From the IMG/VR virus record IMGVR_UViG_3300030202_003189, positions 124,001-188,000 of that record: 64,000 nt of DNA. The stretch is one strand, 5' to 3'. Shown piece after piece: positions 20,980 to 30,154 of the stretch. A program made the translations under genes and the position numbers. Numbering within the stretch: position 1 is the first letter of the stretch; every line of letters starts with the position of its first letter. The notes below the pieces were generated by a model. That model had not been told where the DNA came from. It saw only the letters and a list, made by a program, of their open reading frames with translations, and searched no databases.

Positions 20980-21192
20980 ATGAAAAAAGAAAACAAGATA
21001 ACAAACGATGCGATAAATGAATTTTTAGGTGACGATTTAACAGTAAATGTTAATAAAGAAGATTGTGTTGACCAAGAATGTAAATTAAAATCTAAGGACG
21101 GATTAATAGAATCAACTAAAGTTATAAATAAAAAAGTCATTGTAGAAGATGGTAGAGAATTATTAAGAGAAGTAACTTTTAAGCACGAGTAA
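20980..21192 (+). CDS. Small hypothetical protein
   Basis: 70 aa, CVDQEC..K.KDGLIE..K...EDGRELLRE; preceded by ATATTTAT. Confidence 0.7.
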   Translation: MKKENKITNDAINEFLGDDLTVNVNKEDCVDQECKLKSKDGLIESTKVINKKVIVEDGRELLREVTFKHE

Positions 21193-21194
21193 AA

Positions 21195-22025
21195 ATGAAA
21201 AAATCATTGAATGAAGAGTTGAAAAGACACATGCAAATCGTTAATTACGCTAATGGTTTAGATAATGTCATTGAAGAAAAATTTAAGGTTACCTTCCAAG
21301 AACAAGAACCGGAAACTGAACCTGAAGAAGTAGAGGGTGAAGCAGAGGATGCACCAGCCACACCACCTACCCCACCTACACCCGGAGCAACACCTCCAAC
21401 ACCAGCAGCAACAGGAACACCAAAGTCAGCAACAGGTGGAAAGAATCTTCCAGCTAAACCTGATTTATCAGGAGGTAATAGACCAGTTCCACCAGCACCA
21501 CCAGCAGCAGGAGCACCAGCAGGAGCACCAGAAGCAGGAGCGACAACACCTCCACCTCCACCACCACCAGCACCTGGACAGGATGTAGAGGTAGATGAAG
21601 ATGTTGAGGAGATAGATGTTACCGATTTAGTAAATAATACAGAAGAAGTGGGTGATACAGTTGATAAATTTGCTAAACAACTAACCGATATAGAATCTAG
21701 ATTCAGCGAACTATCTGGACAATTAAGTAAAATGGATATGGTATTCCAAAAGATTGATAATATAGAAATGGAGATAGAAAAAATGATACCACCAACACCA
21801 GTAGAAAAAATGGAACTAAGATCATTAGATAGTTTTCCTTATAATCAACGACTAGATGATTATTTTGACCAGAAGAAAGGAGAATATAAAAGATTACGTG
21901 GAGTTGATTTAGACGTTAAACCACAACAAGAAAAAGAATATACTTTAACTGTGGGAGACACAGAAGAATGGGATGACAACTCAATAGGGAAATCATTTAA
22001 TCCCGACTATGACGAAAATAACTAA
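21195..22025 (+). CDS. Acidic, Pro-rich coiled-coil protein; candidate head scaffold/core protein
   Basis: MKKSLNEELKR leader, Pro/Ala low-complexity tract, EEIDVTDLV, heptad region, PTPVEKMELRSLDSFPYN. Confidence 0.55.
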   Translation: MKKSLNEELKRHMQIVNYANGLDNVIEEKFKVTFQEQEPETEPEEVEGEAEDAPATPPTPPTPGATPPTPAATGTPKSATGGKNLPAKPDLSGGNRPVPPAPPAAGAPAGAPEAGATTPPPPPPPAPGQDVEVDEDVEEIDVTDLVNNTEEVGDTVDKFAKQLTDIESRFSELSGQLSKMDMVFQKIDNIEMEIEKMIPPTPVEKMELRSLDSFPYNQRLDDYFDQKKGEYKRLRGVDLDVKPQQEKEYTLTVGDTEEWDDNSIGKSFNPDYDENN

Positions 22026-22040
22026 AAAAAATTAAAAAAA

Positions 22041-22778
22041 ATGGCAAGAGTAATAAAATTAAAAGAATCAGATATCACTAAGATCGTTAAAAAAATATTA
22101 AAAGAAAGAAAATTTGAAATGCCTGATTTATCAGGATTACCACCGGACCACTATCCAGACTTTGATAATCCTTTTGGTGATGGAACGACATGGAACACTG
22201 GCGGAGGTGGTGGAGGAACTACATGGGGAGGTAATAAAGGAGATAAATCTAAAACACATCCAGGTAGACGTGATTATGAAGGAAATGGTGGTGTAGAAAT
22301 TACTTTTGAGACCATGAAGGAGGCTTTAGGTGATTGTAGAACTATGGATGATTGTTTAAGAGGGTATGAGGCTTTATATAATAGAGGTAAAAAAGGAAAA
22401 ATACAAGGTATGCCAACACCACAAGAAATGAGTATGAAGGTTATGGAAATTGAAGAATCAGATCCAGATCCATCTCCAGCTATGTTTATATGGCTTCTAG
22501 TTGGTACTGCGGTAGCTTTAGGTATTCGTTGGATAAATGGTACTAATCCATGGACATGGAATTCTGATGTAACATTAAAAGAAAATATAAATTTAGTAGG
22601 GAAGTCAAAATCAGGTATTAATATTTATGAGTTTGATTATATTAATAAAAAATACGGTAACGGAAGATATCGTGGAGTTATGGCACAAGAAGTACCATCA
22701 GCGTCTTTTGTTGGACCAGAAGGTACTTTAATGGTAGACTATTCAAAATTAGATGTACAATTTGAAGAATTAAATTAA
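22041..22778 (+). CDS. Protein with LKESD leader, predicted transmembrane helix and C-terminal peptidase S74 intramolecular chaperone domain
   Basis: SDVTLKENI (Ser/Lys dyad spacing) at 22563, IYEFDY, GVMAQEV, VDYSKL; hydrophobic AMFIWLLVGTAVALGIRW just before it. Confidence 0.8.
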   Translation: MARVIKLKESDITKIVKKILKERKFEMPDLSGLPPDHYPDFDNPFGDGTTWNTGGGGGGTTWGGNKGDKSKTHPGRRDYEGNGGVEITFETMKEALGDCRTMDDCLRGYEALYNRGKKGKIQGMPTPQEMSMKVMEIEESDPDPSPAMFIWLLVGTAVALGIRWINGTNPWTWNSDVTLKENINLVGKSKSGINIYEFDYINKKYGNGRYRGVMAQEVPSASFVGPEGTLMVDYSKLDVQFEELN

Positions 22779-22780
22779 CT

Positions 22781-23134
22781 ATGGCACGAATAATAAAATT
22801 AAGAGAATCAGATATCACTAATATTGTTAAGAAAATATTAATGGAAGAAAAAGGTAAGCGTAAGGATGATAAATGTCAGGAAATTAAAGTAAGGAGTGTT
22901 AAAGATGTTAAACGTTTATTAGGAAACGCTAAAACTATGGACGAGTTGGTTACTAACTATAAAAAATTATATAGTGGCCAATCTAATAAAAAAGGTATGC
23001 CAACACCAAAAGAAGTTATGGAGAGAAGTAAACAAATAACTGACGCAGGTCCTAAAGAACCAGTTATTGCGATGTTTTGGTGGATATTTGCCGTTGTTAT
23101 AGGTCTGATGATAATACTTTGTATCGATTGGTAA
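22781..23134 (+). CDS. Paralog of 22041..22778 lacking the S74 domain; C-terminal transmembrane helix
   Basis: 54 of the first 60 nt match the upstream gene; shares LG...TMD....Y..LY, GMPTP.E and AMF.W. Confidence 0.75.
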   Translation: MARIIKLRESDITNIVKKILMEEKGKRKDDKCQEIKVRSVKDVKRLLGNAKTMDELVTNYKKLYSGQSNKKGMPTPKEVMERSKQITDAGPKEPVIAMFWWIFAVVIGLMIILCIDW

Positions 23135-23174
23135 CACAAGATACTTGATACAAACAATAAAAAAGTATAATATT

Positions 23175-23204
23175 AACCCAACCCTAAAAAAGTTGGGTTT
23201 TTAT
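23175..23204 (+). terminator. Intrinsic terminator before the replication block
   Basis: AACCCAAC-N9-GTTGGGTT followed by TTTAT. Confidence 0.7.
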
Positions 23205-23216
23205 GTATACAGCATG

Positions 23217-23256
23217 TTTACTTTATAATATTTGTTTTGTATACTTAGTAAGTAAA
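23217..23256 (+). promoter_or_regulatory. Putative promoter for ssb-recA-exonuclease operon
   Basis: TTTACT (23217-22), 17-bp spacer, TATACT (23240-45), then TAGTAAGTAAA; near-copy at 2373-2411. Confidence 0.6.
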
Positions 23257-23290
23257 AATATTAATTAATTAGTTAAAAAAAACAAAAAAC

Positions 23291-24109
23291 ATGAGTAATA
23301 TACTAGATTCAATTCTTAAGCAGTACGAGTCCAACAAGTCTGGAGTAGGGACCGAAAAAAAGAAAACAGACCTTAGAAAATATTTCGCACCCTTTTTACC
23401 AAAAGGAGAGGCGAATGGAGAAAGAACAGTTAGAATTTTACCTCCTAAAGATGGGGCATCACCATTCCAAGAAGCTTGGTTCCATGAGGTACAAATTGAT
23501 GGTAAATGGCAAAAACTTTATGACCCAGGAAAAAATGATAACGAAAGAAGTCCTATTACTGAAGTTAATGAAGCATTGTTAATGACAGGAGACCCAGAAG
23601 ATAAAGTTCTTGCAAGACAATACAGACCAAGAAAATTTTATGTTGTTAGAGTTATCGATAGAGATAAAGAAGAAGAAGGGGTTAAATTCTGGAGATTTAA
23701 GCACAATTATAAAGGAGATGGGATAATGGACAAATTAATTCCACTATTTCAAAAGAAAGGAGATATTACCGACCCAAGAGAGGGGAGAGATATTAACCTA
23801 ATTCTTAAAGCGGTTAAATTACCAAGTGGTCATGGAACTTACACAACAGTATCAACAATAATGACTGAAGATCCTTCTATGTTAACTACTGATACAGAAA
23901 AAGCTAAAAATTGGATGGCTAATACTGAAACATTTAGAGATGTTTATGTAAAGAAAGATGTAGACTTTCTTGAAAAGGTAGCTAAAGGAGAAAATCCTTA
24001 TGAAAGAAAAGAGGAAAGTACACCAAAACCAACTTCTAGTGTTAGCGATACAACAATATCAGAATTAGATAAAGGTACTGAGATTAACATGGATGATATG
24101 CCATTTTAA
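23291..24109 (+). CDS. ssb: Single-stranded DNA-binding protein (T4 gp32-like)
   Basis: RILPP...SPF....FH, VIDRD.EEEGVKFW, DITDP.EGRD, acidic C-terminal tail DDMPF; upstream of recombinase. Confidence 0.85.
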   Translation: MSNILDSILKQYESNKSGVGTEKKKTDLRKYFAPFLPKGEANGERTVRILPPKDGASPFQEAWFHEVQIDGKWQKLYDPGKNDNERSPITEVNEALLMTGDPEDKVLARQYRPRKFYVVRVIDRDKEEEGVKFWRFKHNYKGDGIMDKLIPLFQKKGDITDPREGRDINLILKAVKLPSGHGTYTTVSTIMTEDPSMLTTDTEKAKNWMANTETFRDVYVKKDVDFLEKVAKGENPYERKEESTPKPTSSVSDTTISELDKGTEINMDDMPF

Positions 24110-24120
24110 TAATTATAGAT

Positions 24121-25119
24121 ATGGCTAAATCAATAAAGAAAAAAACATTCTCATTAGAAGACCTACAAGGAAAGTATAGTACAAAGGCAAAATACAAAGA
24201 AGATAGTTTCTTTGATGTTGGCGAAGCATTTTACAAAGCTTGTGGAATACCAGGACCAGCAGAAGGACATATAAATGTATTTTTAGGACATTCTGACACT
24301 GGAAAAACCACGGCTTTAGTTAGGTCAGCTATAGACGCTCAAAAAAAAGGAAAATTACCCGTTTTTATAATAACTGAACAGAAATGGGATTTCCAACACG
24401 CAAAATTAATGGGTTTTGATTGTGAATTAAACGCAACAGGAGAGTGGAGTGGTACATTCTTATTTAATGATGGATTTTCTTATATAGAACAAATTACTGA
24501 TTATATAAATGAATTAATAGATGAACAACAAAAAGGAAATATACCTTATGATTTAGTTTTCTTTTGGGATTCGGTAGGTTCAGTACCTTGTAAAATGACT
24601 TTTGAGGGTAAAGGTGGAAAAATGCACAATGCGAGTACATTAGCAGATAAAATAGGAATGGGGATTAATCAAAGAATTACAGGATCAAGAAAAGAAAGTG
24701 AAAAGTTTACAAATACCTTAATAATTGTTAATCAACCATGGGTAGAATTACCAGATAATCCATTTAGTCAACCAAGAATTAAAATGAAAGGAGGGGAGGC
24801 AATATTTCTAAACTCCACACTAGTCTTTTTATTTGGAAATCAAAAAAATTCTGGAATATCAAAAATAAACGCCACTAAAAATGGACGTAAAGTAGCTTTT
24901 GCTACTAGAACTAAAGTCTCCATACTTAAAAATCATGTAAATGGTATTGGTTTTTCTGATGGTAGAGTAATCGTTACACCACATAGTTTTATTAATGATG
25001 ACGCTAACGATATAAAGAAGTACAAAGAAAGTCACTCAAGTTATTGGGTTGAGCAATTTGAAAAAGCTGGTGAGAAAGTAGATGATGGAAGTTTCGAACT
25101 AGTAGAATCCGATGTTTAA
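24121..25119 (+). CDS. recA: RecA/UvsX-like recombinase
   Basis: Walker A GHSDTGKTT, FIITEQK, Walker B FFWDSVG, IIVNQ, KGGEA, KNHVNG. Confidence 0.9.
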   Translation: MAKSIKKKTFSLEDLQGKYSTKAKYKEDSFFDVGEAFYKACGIPGPAEGHINVFLGHSDTGKTTALVRSAIDAQKKGKLPVFIITEQKWDFQHAKLMGFDCELNATGEWSGTFLFNDGFSYIEQITDYINELIDEQQKGNIPYDLVFFWDSVGSVPCKMTFEGKGGKMHNASTLADKIGMGINQRITGSRKESEKFTNTLIIVNQPWVELPDNPFSQPRIKMKGGEAIFLNSTLVFLFGNQKNSGISKINATKNGRKVAFATRTKVSILKNHVNGIGFSDGRVIVTPHSFINDDANDIKKYKESHSSYWVEQFEKAGEKVDDGSFELVESDV

Positions 25120-25137
25120 CCTTTTAATTACAATGAG

Positions 25138-26169
25138 TTGAGACGTAGAAATAATCAAAAAAATCTTGAAACCCTTGTAGTAGATGGAGATGCTCTTCTA
25201 AAAAGATCATTCTTCGGGGCTAAAAATGTTTTTAATGAAAAAAAAGAACATATCGGCGGACTATACCAATTTATCAATATCCTTAGAAAAACTTTATCAG
25301 AGAAGTATTATAATAAAGTTGTTGTTTTTTGGGATGGGGTAAATGGTAATTTAGCCCGACGTAAGATATATCCAAATTATAAATTGAATAGAAAAAAGAG
25401 TAGTAATTATGATTCAGACGCTTTTTTACGTCAGAAATTAAGAACACAACAATACTTAGAAGAATTATATATTAGACAATACGTTCATAAAGACACAGAA
25501 GCGGATGACCTTATTGCTGAATATTGTATAAACAAAAAGGAAAAAGAAATAATAACAATTTATACCGCAGATAGGGACCTCGTACAATTAATCAATGAAA
25601 AAGTTAGAGTATTTCTTTTAGATAAAAAGGAGTTAGTTACAGAGGATACCATTTTAGTAACAAGAGAATTAGAATACCTCCCCAAAAACGTATGTTTAAT
25701 TAAGATTCTTTTAGGAGACGCGTCCGATAACATATTAGGGATAAAGGGACTATCACCAAAAAGATTGGGTGAAATATCCCCAGAACTTAAAAGTCGAAAA
25801 GTTAACCTACAGGAAATTAAAGATATAGAATACGATGGGGATAATTGGAGAGTACGTAATGTATTAAATAACATTAAAACCGGAACAAGTAATGGAGGGG
25901 TATTTGGGGACGAACTCTATGAGATAAATAATAAGATAATAAGTTTAGAAGAACCTTTTATTGATGAAGATATTAGGAAAGATGTAAAAGATTTAGTAAA
26001 CTTAAATCTAGATCCTTCAGGACGAGATTACAAAAATGTAATAAAAATGATGATAGAAGATGGGTTAGTTAATGTGATACCAGCTTCATATGAAGATCAG
26101 TCAGAATTTTTAATACCATTTATAACACTTAAAAATAATGAAACAAAAAATGGAAAAGACAAGAAGTAA
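25138..26169 (+). CDS. 5'-3' exonuclease / flap endonuclease (Pol I N-terminal / T4 RNase H-like)
   Basis: LVVDGD, VFWDG, R..IYP.YK.NR, EADDLIA, TADRDLVQL, GDASDNI.GIKG (H3TH). Confidence 0.92.
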   Translation: MRRRNNQKNLETLVVDGDALLKRSFFGAKNVFNEKKEHIGGLYQFINILRKTLSEKYYNKVVVFWDGVNGNLARRKIYPNYKLNRKKSSNYDSDAFLRQKLRTQQYLEELYIRQYVHKDTEADDLIAEYCINKKEKEIITIYTADRDLVQLINEKVRVFLLDKKELVTEDTILVTRELEYLPKNVCLIKILLGDASDNILGIKGLSPKRLGEISPELKSRKVNLQEIKDIEYDGDNWRVRNVLNNIKTGTSNGGVFGDELYEINNKIISLEEPFIDEDIRKDVKDLVNLNLDPSGRDYKNVIKMMIEDGLVNVIPASYEDQSEFLIPFITLKNNETKNGKDKK

Positions 26170-26614
26170 ATACACAGATAAATTTGAGTTTATATTAAGA
26201 ATTAATGGGAATATAGTTTGCCAAAGATACTTTAATATTAGAGGGTATAACGATAACAGTAAAAACTCTATGGAATTAAGATGGGAATTAGGGGAGATTG
26301 TGGATACAATACAAAGTTATTTGAAACAAAAAAGTGAAGATTTTCTTTGGGCAAATCACAATCCCTTCTCTAATAGAAACTCCGTAGTTAAAGACACAAA
26401 AAAAGAGGAAGAAGACTACTTTACCTTCGAAATCAGAGTGGATGGTAAGGTTATTATTATACAGAGATTCACAGGAATGGTTTTCCCACCTAAAATTAGA
26501 TATTCAGTAAACATAAAAAGCTTGATACCATCTATAATTTCAAAGATTCAGAGGTGTTTAAGTAAGAGAAAATACCTTAATGTTAAAAGATATTACAACC
26601 ACCAAACTACGTAG
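26138..26614 (+). CDS. Hypothetical phage protein
   Basis: 158-aa ORF overlapping exonuclease end; FEF.L.INGNIVCQRYFN, FPPKIRYSVNI. Confidence 0.7.
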   Translation: MKQKMEKTRSKYTDKFEFILRINGNIVCQRYFNIRGYNDNSKNSMELRWELGEIVDTIQSYLKQKSEDFLWANHNPFSNRNSVVKDTKKEEEDYFTFEIRVDGKVIIIQRFTGMVFPPKIRYSVNIKSLIPSIISKIQRCLSKRKYLNVKRYYNHQTT

Positions 26615-26630
26615 AATAAAGATAAATAAT

Positions 26631-26638
26631 ATATTTAT
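26631..26638 (+). promoter_or_regulatory. ATATTTAT motif (candidate phage promoter)
   Basis: 19 nt upstream of helicase ATG. Confidence 0.45.
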
Positions 26639-26657
26639 TATTAAATAAATTAATAAA

Positions 26658-28031
26658 ATGACAGACAGAAACTTCGGATACCTTGGAGATAAATTCCAAT
26701 TAAAATTACTTTCACTTTTAATTGTGGATAATAAATTTGCTGACAATATAGTAGAGTCCATAGAACCCACTTATTTTGATGACCAATATTGTAGATTATT
26801 GATGCAGTTAATTAAGGAATATTATGGTAAATATGAGACAGTACCAACCCACGATTCACTTGACCAACTTATTAGAATAGAGGTGTCAAATGAAACAGCA
26901 AAAGAATACTTAAAAGACACATTAAAAAAACTAAAGGACCAAGATTTTGCTGATGCTGACTTTACTCAACAAACAGCATTAAAATTCTGTAAACAACAAG
27001 AGATTAAGAAAGCCATCTCCAATTCGGAGAAAATAATGTCAAATGGTAATTTTGAGGATTATGATAAAATAGAAGATTTATTTAGAAAGGCACTTAGTGT
27101 AGGAAATGACAAAGAAGATGGTATTGATGTTTTTACGGCACTAGAAGATGTTTTATCAGACGATTTTAGACATCCAGTACAAACAGGCATAACAGGAATA
27201 GATAACATAACAAATGGGGGACTATCAAAAGGAGAATTAGGTGTAGTTTTAGCCCCTTTTGGTGTGGGTAAATCTACAGTATTAACAAAATTTGCTAACA
27301 CTGCTTATAATTTAGGACATAATGTAGTACAAATAATTTTTGAGGACAACCCAAAAGTTATACAAAGAAAACACATATCATGTTGGACTGGTATTGAACT
27401 AAATGAACTATCTGAGAGAAAAGAAGAGGTTAAAGAAAAGTTAGAAAAGTTTAAGAAGGACAGAGGAAATTTAATAATTAAAAAAATGGCTTCCGATGGG
27501 ACAACAGTTGCCAAAATAAAACACTATATTAGAAAGTTAATCACTAGAGGTATAAGACCGGATGTTATTCTTTTAGACTATATTGATTGTGTTGTTCCAA
27601 GTAGACTTTTTACAGATGAATACGCTGGAGAAGGTAATGTAATGAGAGAGTTTGAAACATTAGTTCATGAATTTGATATGGTAGGGTGGACAGCCGTACA
27701 AGGAAACAGAAGTTCAATAGGGGCAGATGTAGTTGAGGCTCACCAAATAGGAGGGTCGATTAAAAAAGGCCAAATAGGACACTTTATTATGTCTATTGCT
27801 AAAACTTTAGAACAAAAAGAAAGTGGAAGGGCAACTATAGCAGTACTTAAATCTAGATTTGGTAAAGACGGTGTTATTTTTGAAGACTGTGTATTTGACA
27901 ATGGTAAAGTACATATAGATACAGATGATCAGGTATCCTTTTTAGGTTTTGAGGATGTTAAAAAAGAAAAGAATGCGAATAGGGTCTTAGACGCAATACA
28001 GAAAAGAAACGAAAAGTTAAATAATAATTAA
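26658..28031 (+). CDS. dnaB: Replicative DNA helicase (DnaB / T4 gp41-like)
   Basis: TGI..ID....GGL.KGELG, Walker A APFGVGKST, ILLDYID, WTAVQGNR, KSRFG. Confidence 0.93.
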   Translation: MTDRNFGYLGDKFQLKLLSLLIVDNKFADNIVESIEPTYFDDQYCRLLMQLIKEYYGKYETVPTHDSLDQLIRIEVSNETAKEYLKDTLKKLKDQDFADADFTQQTALKFCKQQEIKKAISNSEKIMSNGNFEDYDKIEDLFRKALSVGNDKEDGIDVFTALEDVLSDDFRHPVQTGITGIDNITNGGLSKGELGVVLAPFGVGKSTVLTKFANTAYNLGHNVVQIIFEDNPKVIQRKHISCWTGIELNELSERKEEVKEKLEKFKKDRGNLIIKKMASDGTTVAKIKHYIRKLITRGIRPDVILLDYIDCVVPSRLFTDEYAGEGNVMREFETLVHEFDMVGWTAVQGNRSSIGADVVEAHQIGGSIKKGQIGHFIMSIAKTLEQKESGRATIAVLKSRFGKDGVIFEDCVFDNGKVHIDTDDQVSFLGFEDVKKEKNANRVLDAIQKRNEKLNNN

Positions 28032-28047
28032 GAAAAATTTATAAAAA

Positions 28048-29958
28048 ATGGATGTATCAAATAGAATTTTGTCGGATATTACTGTGTATATGAAATATGC
28101 TAAGTATATCCCTGAATTAAATAGAAGAGAAACTTGGGAAGAATTAGTAACTAGAAATAAGAATATGCATATTAAAAGTTATCCTAACCTAAAAGAAGAG
28201 ATTGAAGATAAGTATAGATTTGTATATGAAAAGAAGGTATTACCCTCCATGAGAAGTATGCAATTTGGTGGAAAACCAATTGAAATATCACCAAACAGAA
28301 TTTATAATTGTGCTTATATGCCAATTGATAATATAGATTCTTTTAGTGAGTGTATGTTTTTACTACTAGGAGGAACAGGTGTAGGATACTCCGTTCAGAA
28401 ACATCATGTGGCAAAATTACCAATAATACAAAAACCTTACCCTAAAAAGAAAAGAAGATTCTTAATTGGAGATTCTATCGAAGGATGGGCAGACTCCATT
28501 AAAGTTCTAATGAAATCATATATGAATGGTGGAGGTTCTAGAGTAGAGTTTGATTTTTCTGATATTAGACCTAAAGGGGCTAGATTAATAACATCAGGTG
28601 GTAAAGCACCAGGACCTCAACCACTAAAAGAATGTTTAGTAAAAATAGAAGGTCTATTAAATCAAAAAGAAAATGGAGAACAACTTACAACAATTGAAGT
28701 ACATGACATTGTCTGTCATATCGCAGATGCGGTACTTGCCGGTGGTATTCGTAGAGCAGCTCTTATTAGTTTATTTAGTGCTGATGACGATGCTATGATT
28801 GGATGTAAAGCAGGTAACTGGTGGGAAACAAATCCACAACGAGGTAGGTCAAATAACTCGGCTGTACTAATGAGACATAAAATCACAAAAGAATTCTTTT
28901 TAGAACTATGGAAAAGAGTTGAGTTATCAGGGGCAGGAGAACCAGGTATATATTTGAATAATGATAAAGACTGGGGAACCAACCCATGTTGTGAAATTGC
29001 TCTAAGACCATATCAGTTCTGTAATTTATGTGAGGTAAATGTTTCAAACATAGAATCACAAGATGATTTGAATGAAAGAGTGAAGGTGGCGGCATTTATA
29101 GGTACATTACAAGCTGGATATACTTCGTTTCATTATTTAAGAGATGTGTGGAGAGAAACAACAGAAAAAGATGCTTTAATAGGAGTATCAATGACAGGTA
29201 TAGGATCCGGTAAAGTTTTAAGATATGACATGTCTAAAGCTGCTAGTCTAGTAAAAAGAGAAAATACTAGAGTTTCGAAATTATTAGGTATTAATCAGGC
29301 GGCAAGAACAACAACAGTTAAACCAGCAGGAACAACATCATTAACACTAGGAACATCATCAGGTATTCATGCATGGCATAATGATTATTATATTAGAAGA
29401 ATTAGAGTTGGTAAAAATGAAGCAATATATACTTATTTAACAATTAATCATCCAGAATTAGTTGAGGATGAATATTTTAGACCTCATGATACTGCGGTTA
29501 TTAGCATACCACAAAAATCACCAGAAGGTTCCATACTAAGAACTGAGTCACCATTCCAATTACTAGAAAGAGTTAAAAAGGTTGCATCTGAATGGGTAAA
29601 TGCTGGACACAGAAAGGGTTCTAATAGTCATAATGTATCTGCGACTATTTCTTTAAGAGACCATGAGTGGGATCCTGCAGGAGAATGGATGTGGGAAAAT
29701 AGAAAATTTTATAATGGATTATCAGTATTACCTTATAATGGAGGAACATATAAACAAGCACCATTTGAGGATATTACTGAAGAAACATATGAAGAAATGT
29801 TAAAATCTTTAACCAATGTTGACCTATCTAATGTAATAGAATTAGATGATAACACAGATTTGTCTGGTGAATTAGCTTGTTCTGGTGGTAATTGTGAAAT
29901 TGATGTAGATATGAAATCTATAGAGGAGAAGGGAGAGGTTGAATTAAATGACGCATAA
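28048..29958 (+). CDS. nrdJ: Class II (adenosylcobalamin-dependent) ribonucleotide reductase
   Basis: RRETWEE, LPSMR, YNCA, GTGVG, GGIRRAA, GEPG, TNPCCEI, CNLCE, VKPAGT, C-terminal ACSGGNC; no nrdB nearby. Confidence 0.93.
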   Translation: MDVSNRILSDITVYMKYAKYIPELNRRETWEELVTRNKNMHIKSYPNLKEEIEDKYRFVYEKKVLPSMRSMQFGGKPIEISPNRIYNCAYMPIDNIDSFSECMFLLLGGTGVGYSVQKHHVAKLPIIQKPYPKKKRRFLIGDSIEGWADSIKVLMKSYMNGGGSRVEFDFSDIRPKGARLITSGGKAPGPQPLKECLVKIEGLLNQKENGEQLTTIEVHDIVCHIADAVLAGGIRRAALISLFSADDDAMIGCKAGNWWETNPQRGRSNNSAVLMRHKITKEFFLELWKRVELSGAGEPGIYLNNDKDWGTNPCCEIALRPYQFCNLCEVNVSNIESQDDLNERVKVAAFIGTLQAGYTSFHYLRDVWRETTEKDALIGVSMTGIGSGKVLRYDMSKAASLVKRENTRVSKLLGINQAARTTTVKPAGTTSLTLGTSSGIHAWHNDYYIRRIRVGKNEAIYTYLTINHPELVEDEYFRPHDTAVISIPQKSPEGSILRTESPFQLLERVKKVASEWVNAGHRKGSNSHNVSATISLRDHEWDPAGEWMWENRKFYNGLSVLPYNGGTYKQAPFEDITEETYEEMLKSLTNVDLSNVIELDDNTDLSGELACSGGNCEIDVDMKSIEEKGEVELNDA

Positions 29959-30154
29959 ATTTAGTAAAGAAATATTATATCACTTTAATTGTGGTAAGTG
30001 TAATAAATGGTGGTCAATTGCTGACTACCATTTATTTTCTAAAGAAGTACGGCCATATCAATACCTACAACCCAGTTTAATGACTTGTCCCCATTGTGGA
30101 CATAAAAAAGAAGTAAAAGAAATAGAAAATGACGAGAAGAGACGATTGGATTAG
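29948..30154 (+). CDS. Small zinc-ribbon protein
   Basis: CGKC...WWS...CPHCG; overlaps the RNR stop. Confidence 0.65.
   Translation: MTHKFSKEILYHFNCGKCNKWWSIADYHLFSKEVRPYQYLQPSLMTCPHCGHKKEVKEIENDEKRRLD

Noticed and set aside
21337-21588. His/Gln-rich alternative-frame ORF
   Set aside because: Frame-shifted shadow of the CCA/GCA-rich Pro-Ala tract of 21195..22025.
23135-23290. tRNA or ncRNA in the largest intergenic gap
   Set aside because: AT-rich with no cloverleaf; explained by a terminator plus promoter.
24121-29958. Inteins, introns or homing endonucleases in RecA, helicase or RNR
   Set aside because: Lengths are normal, motifs are contiguous, and no intein splice or LAGLIDADG/HNH signatures are visible.
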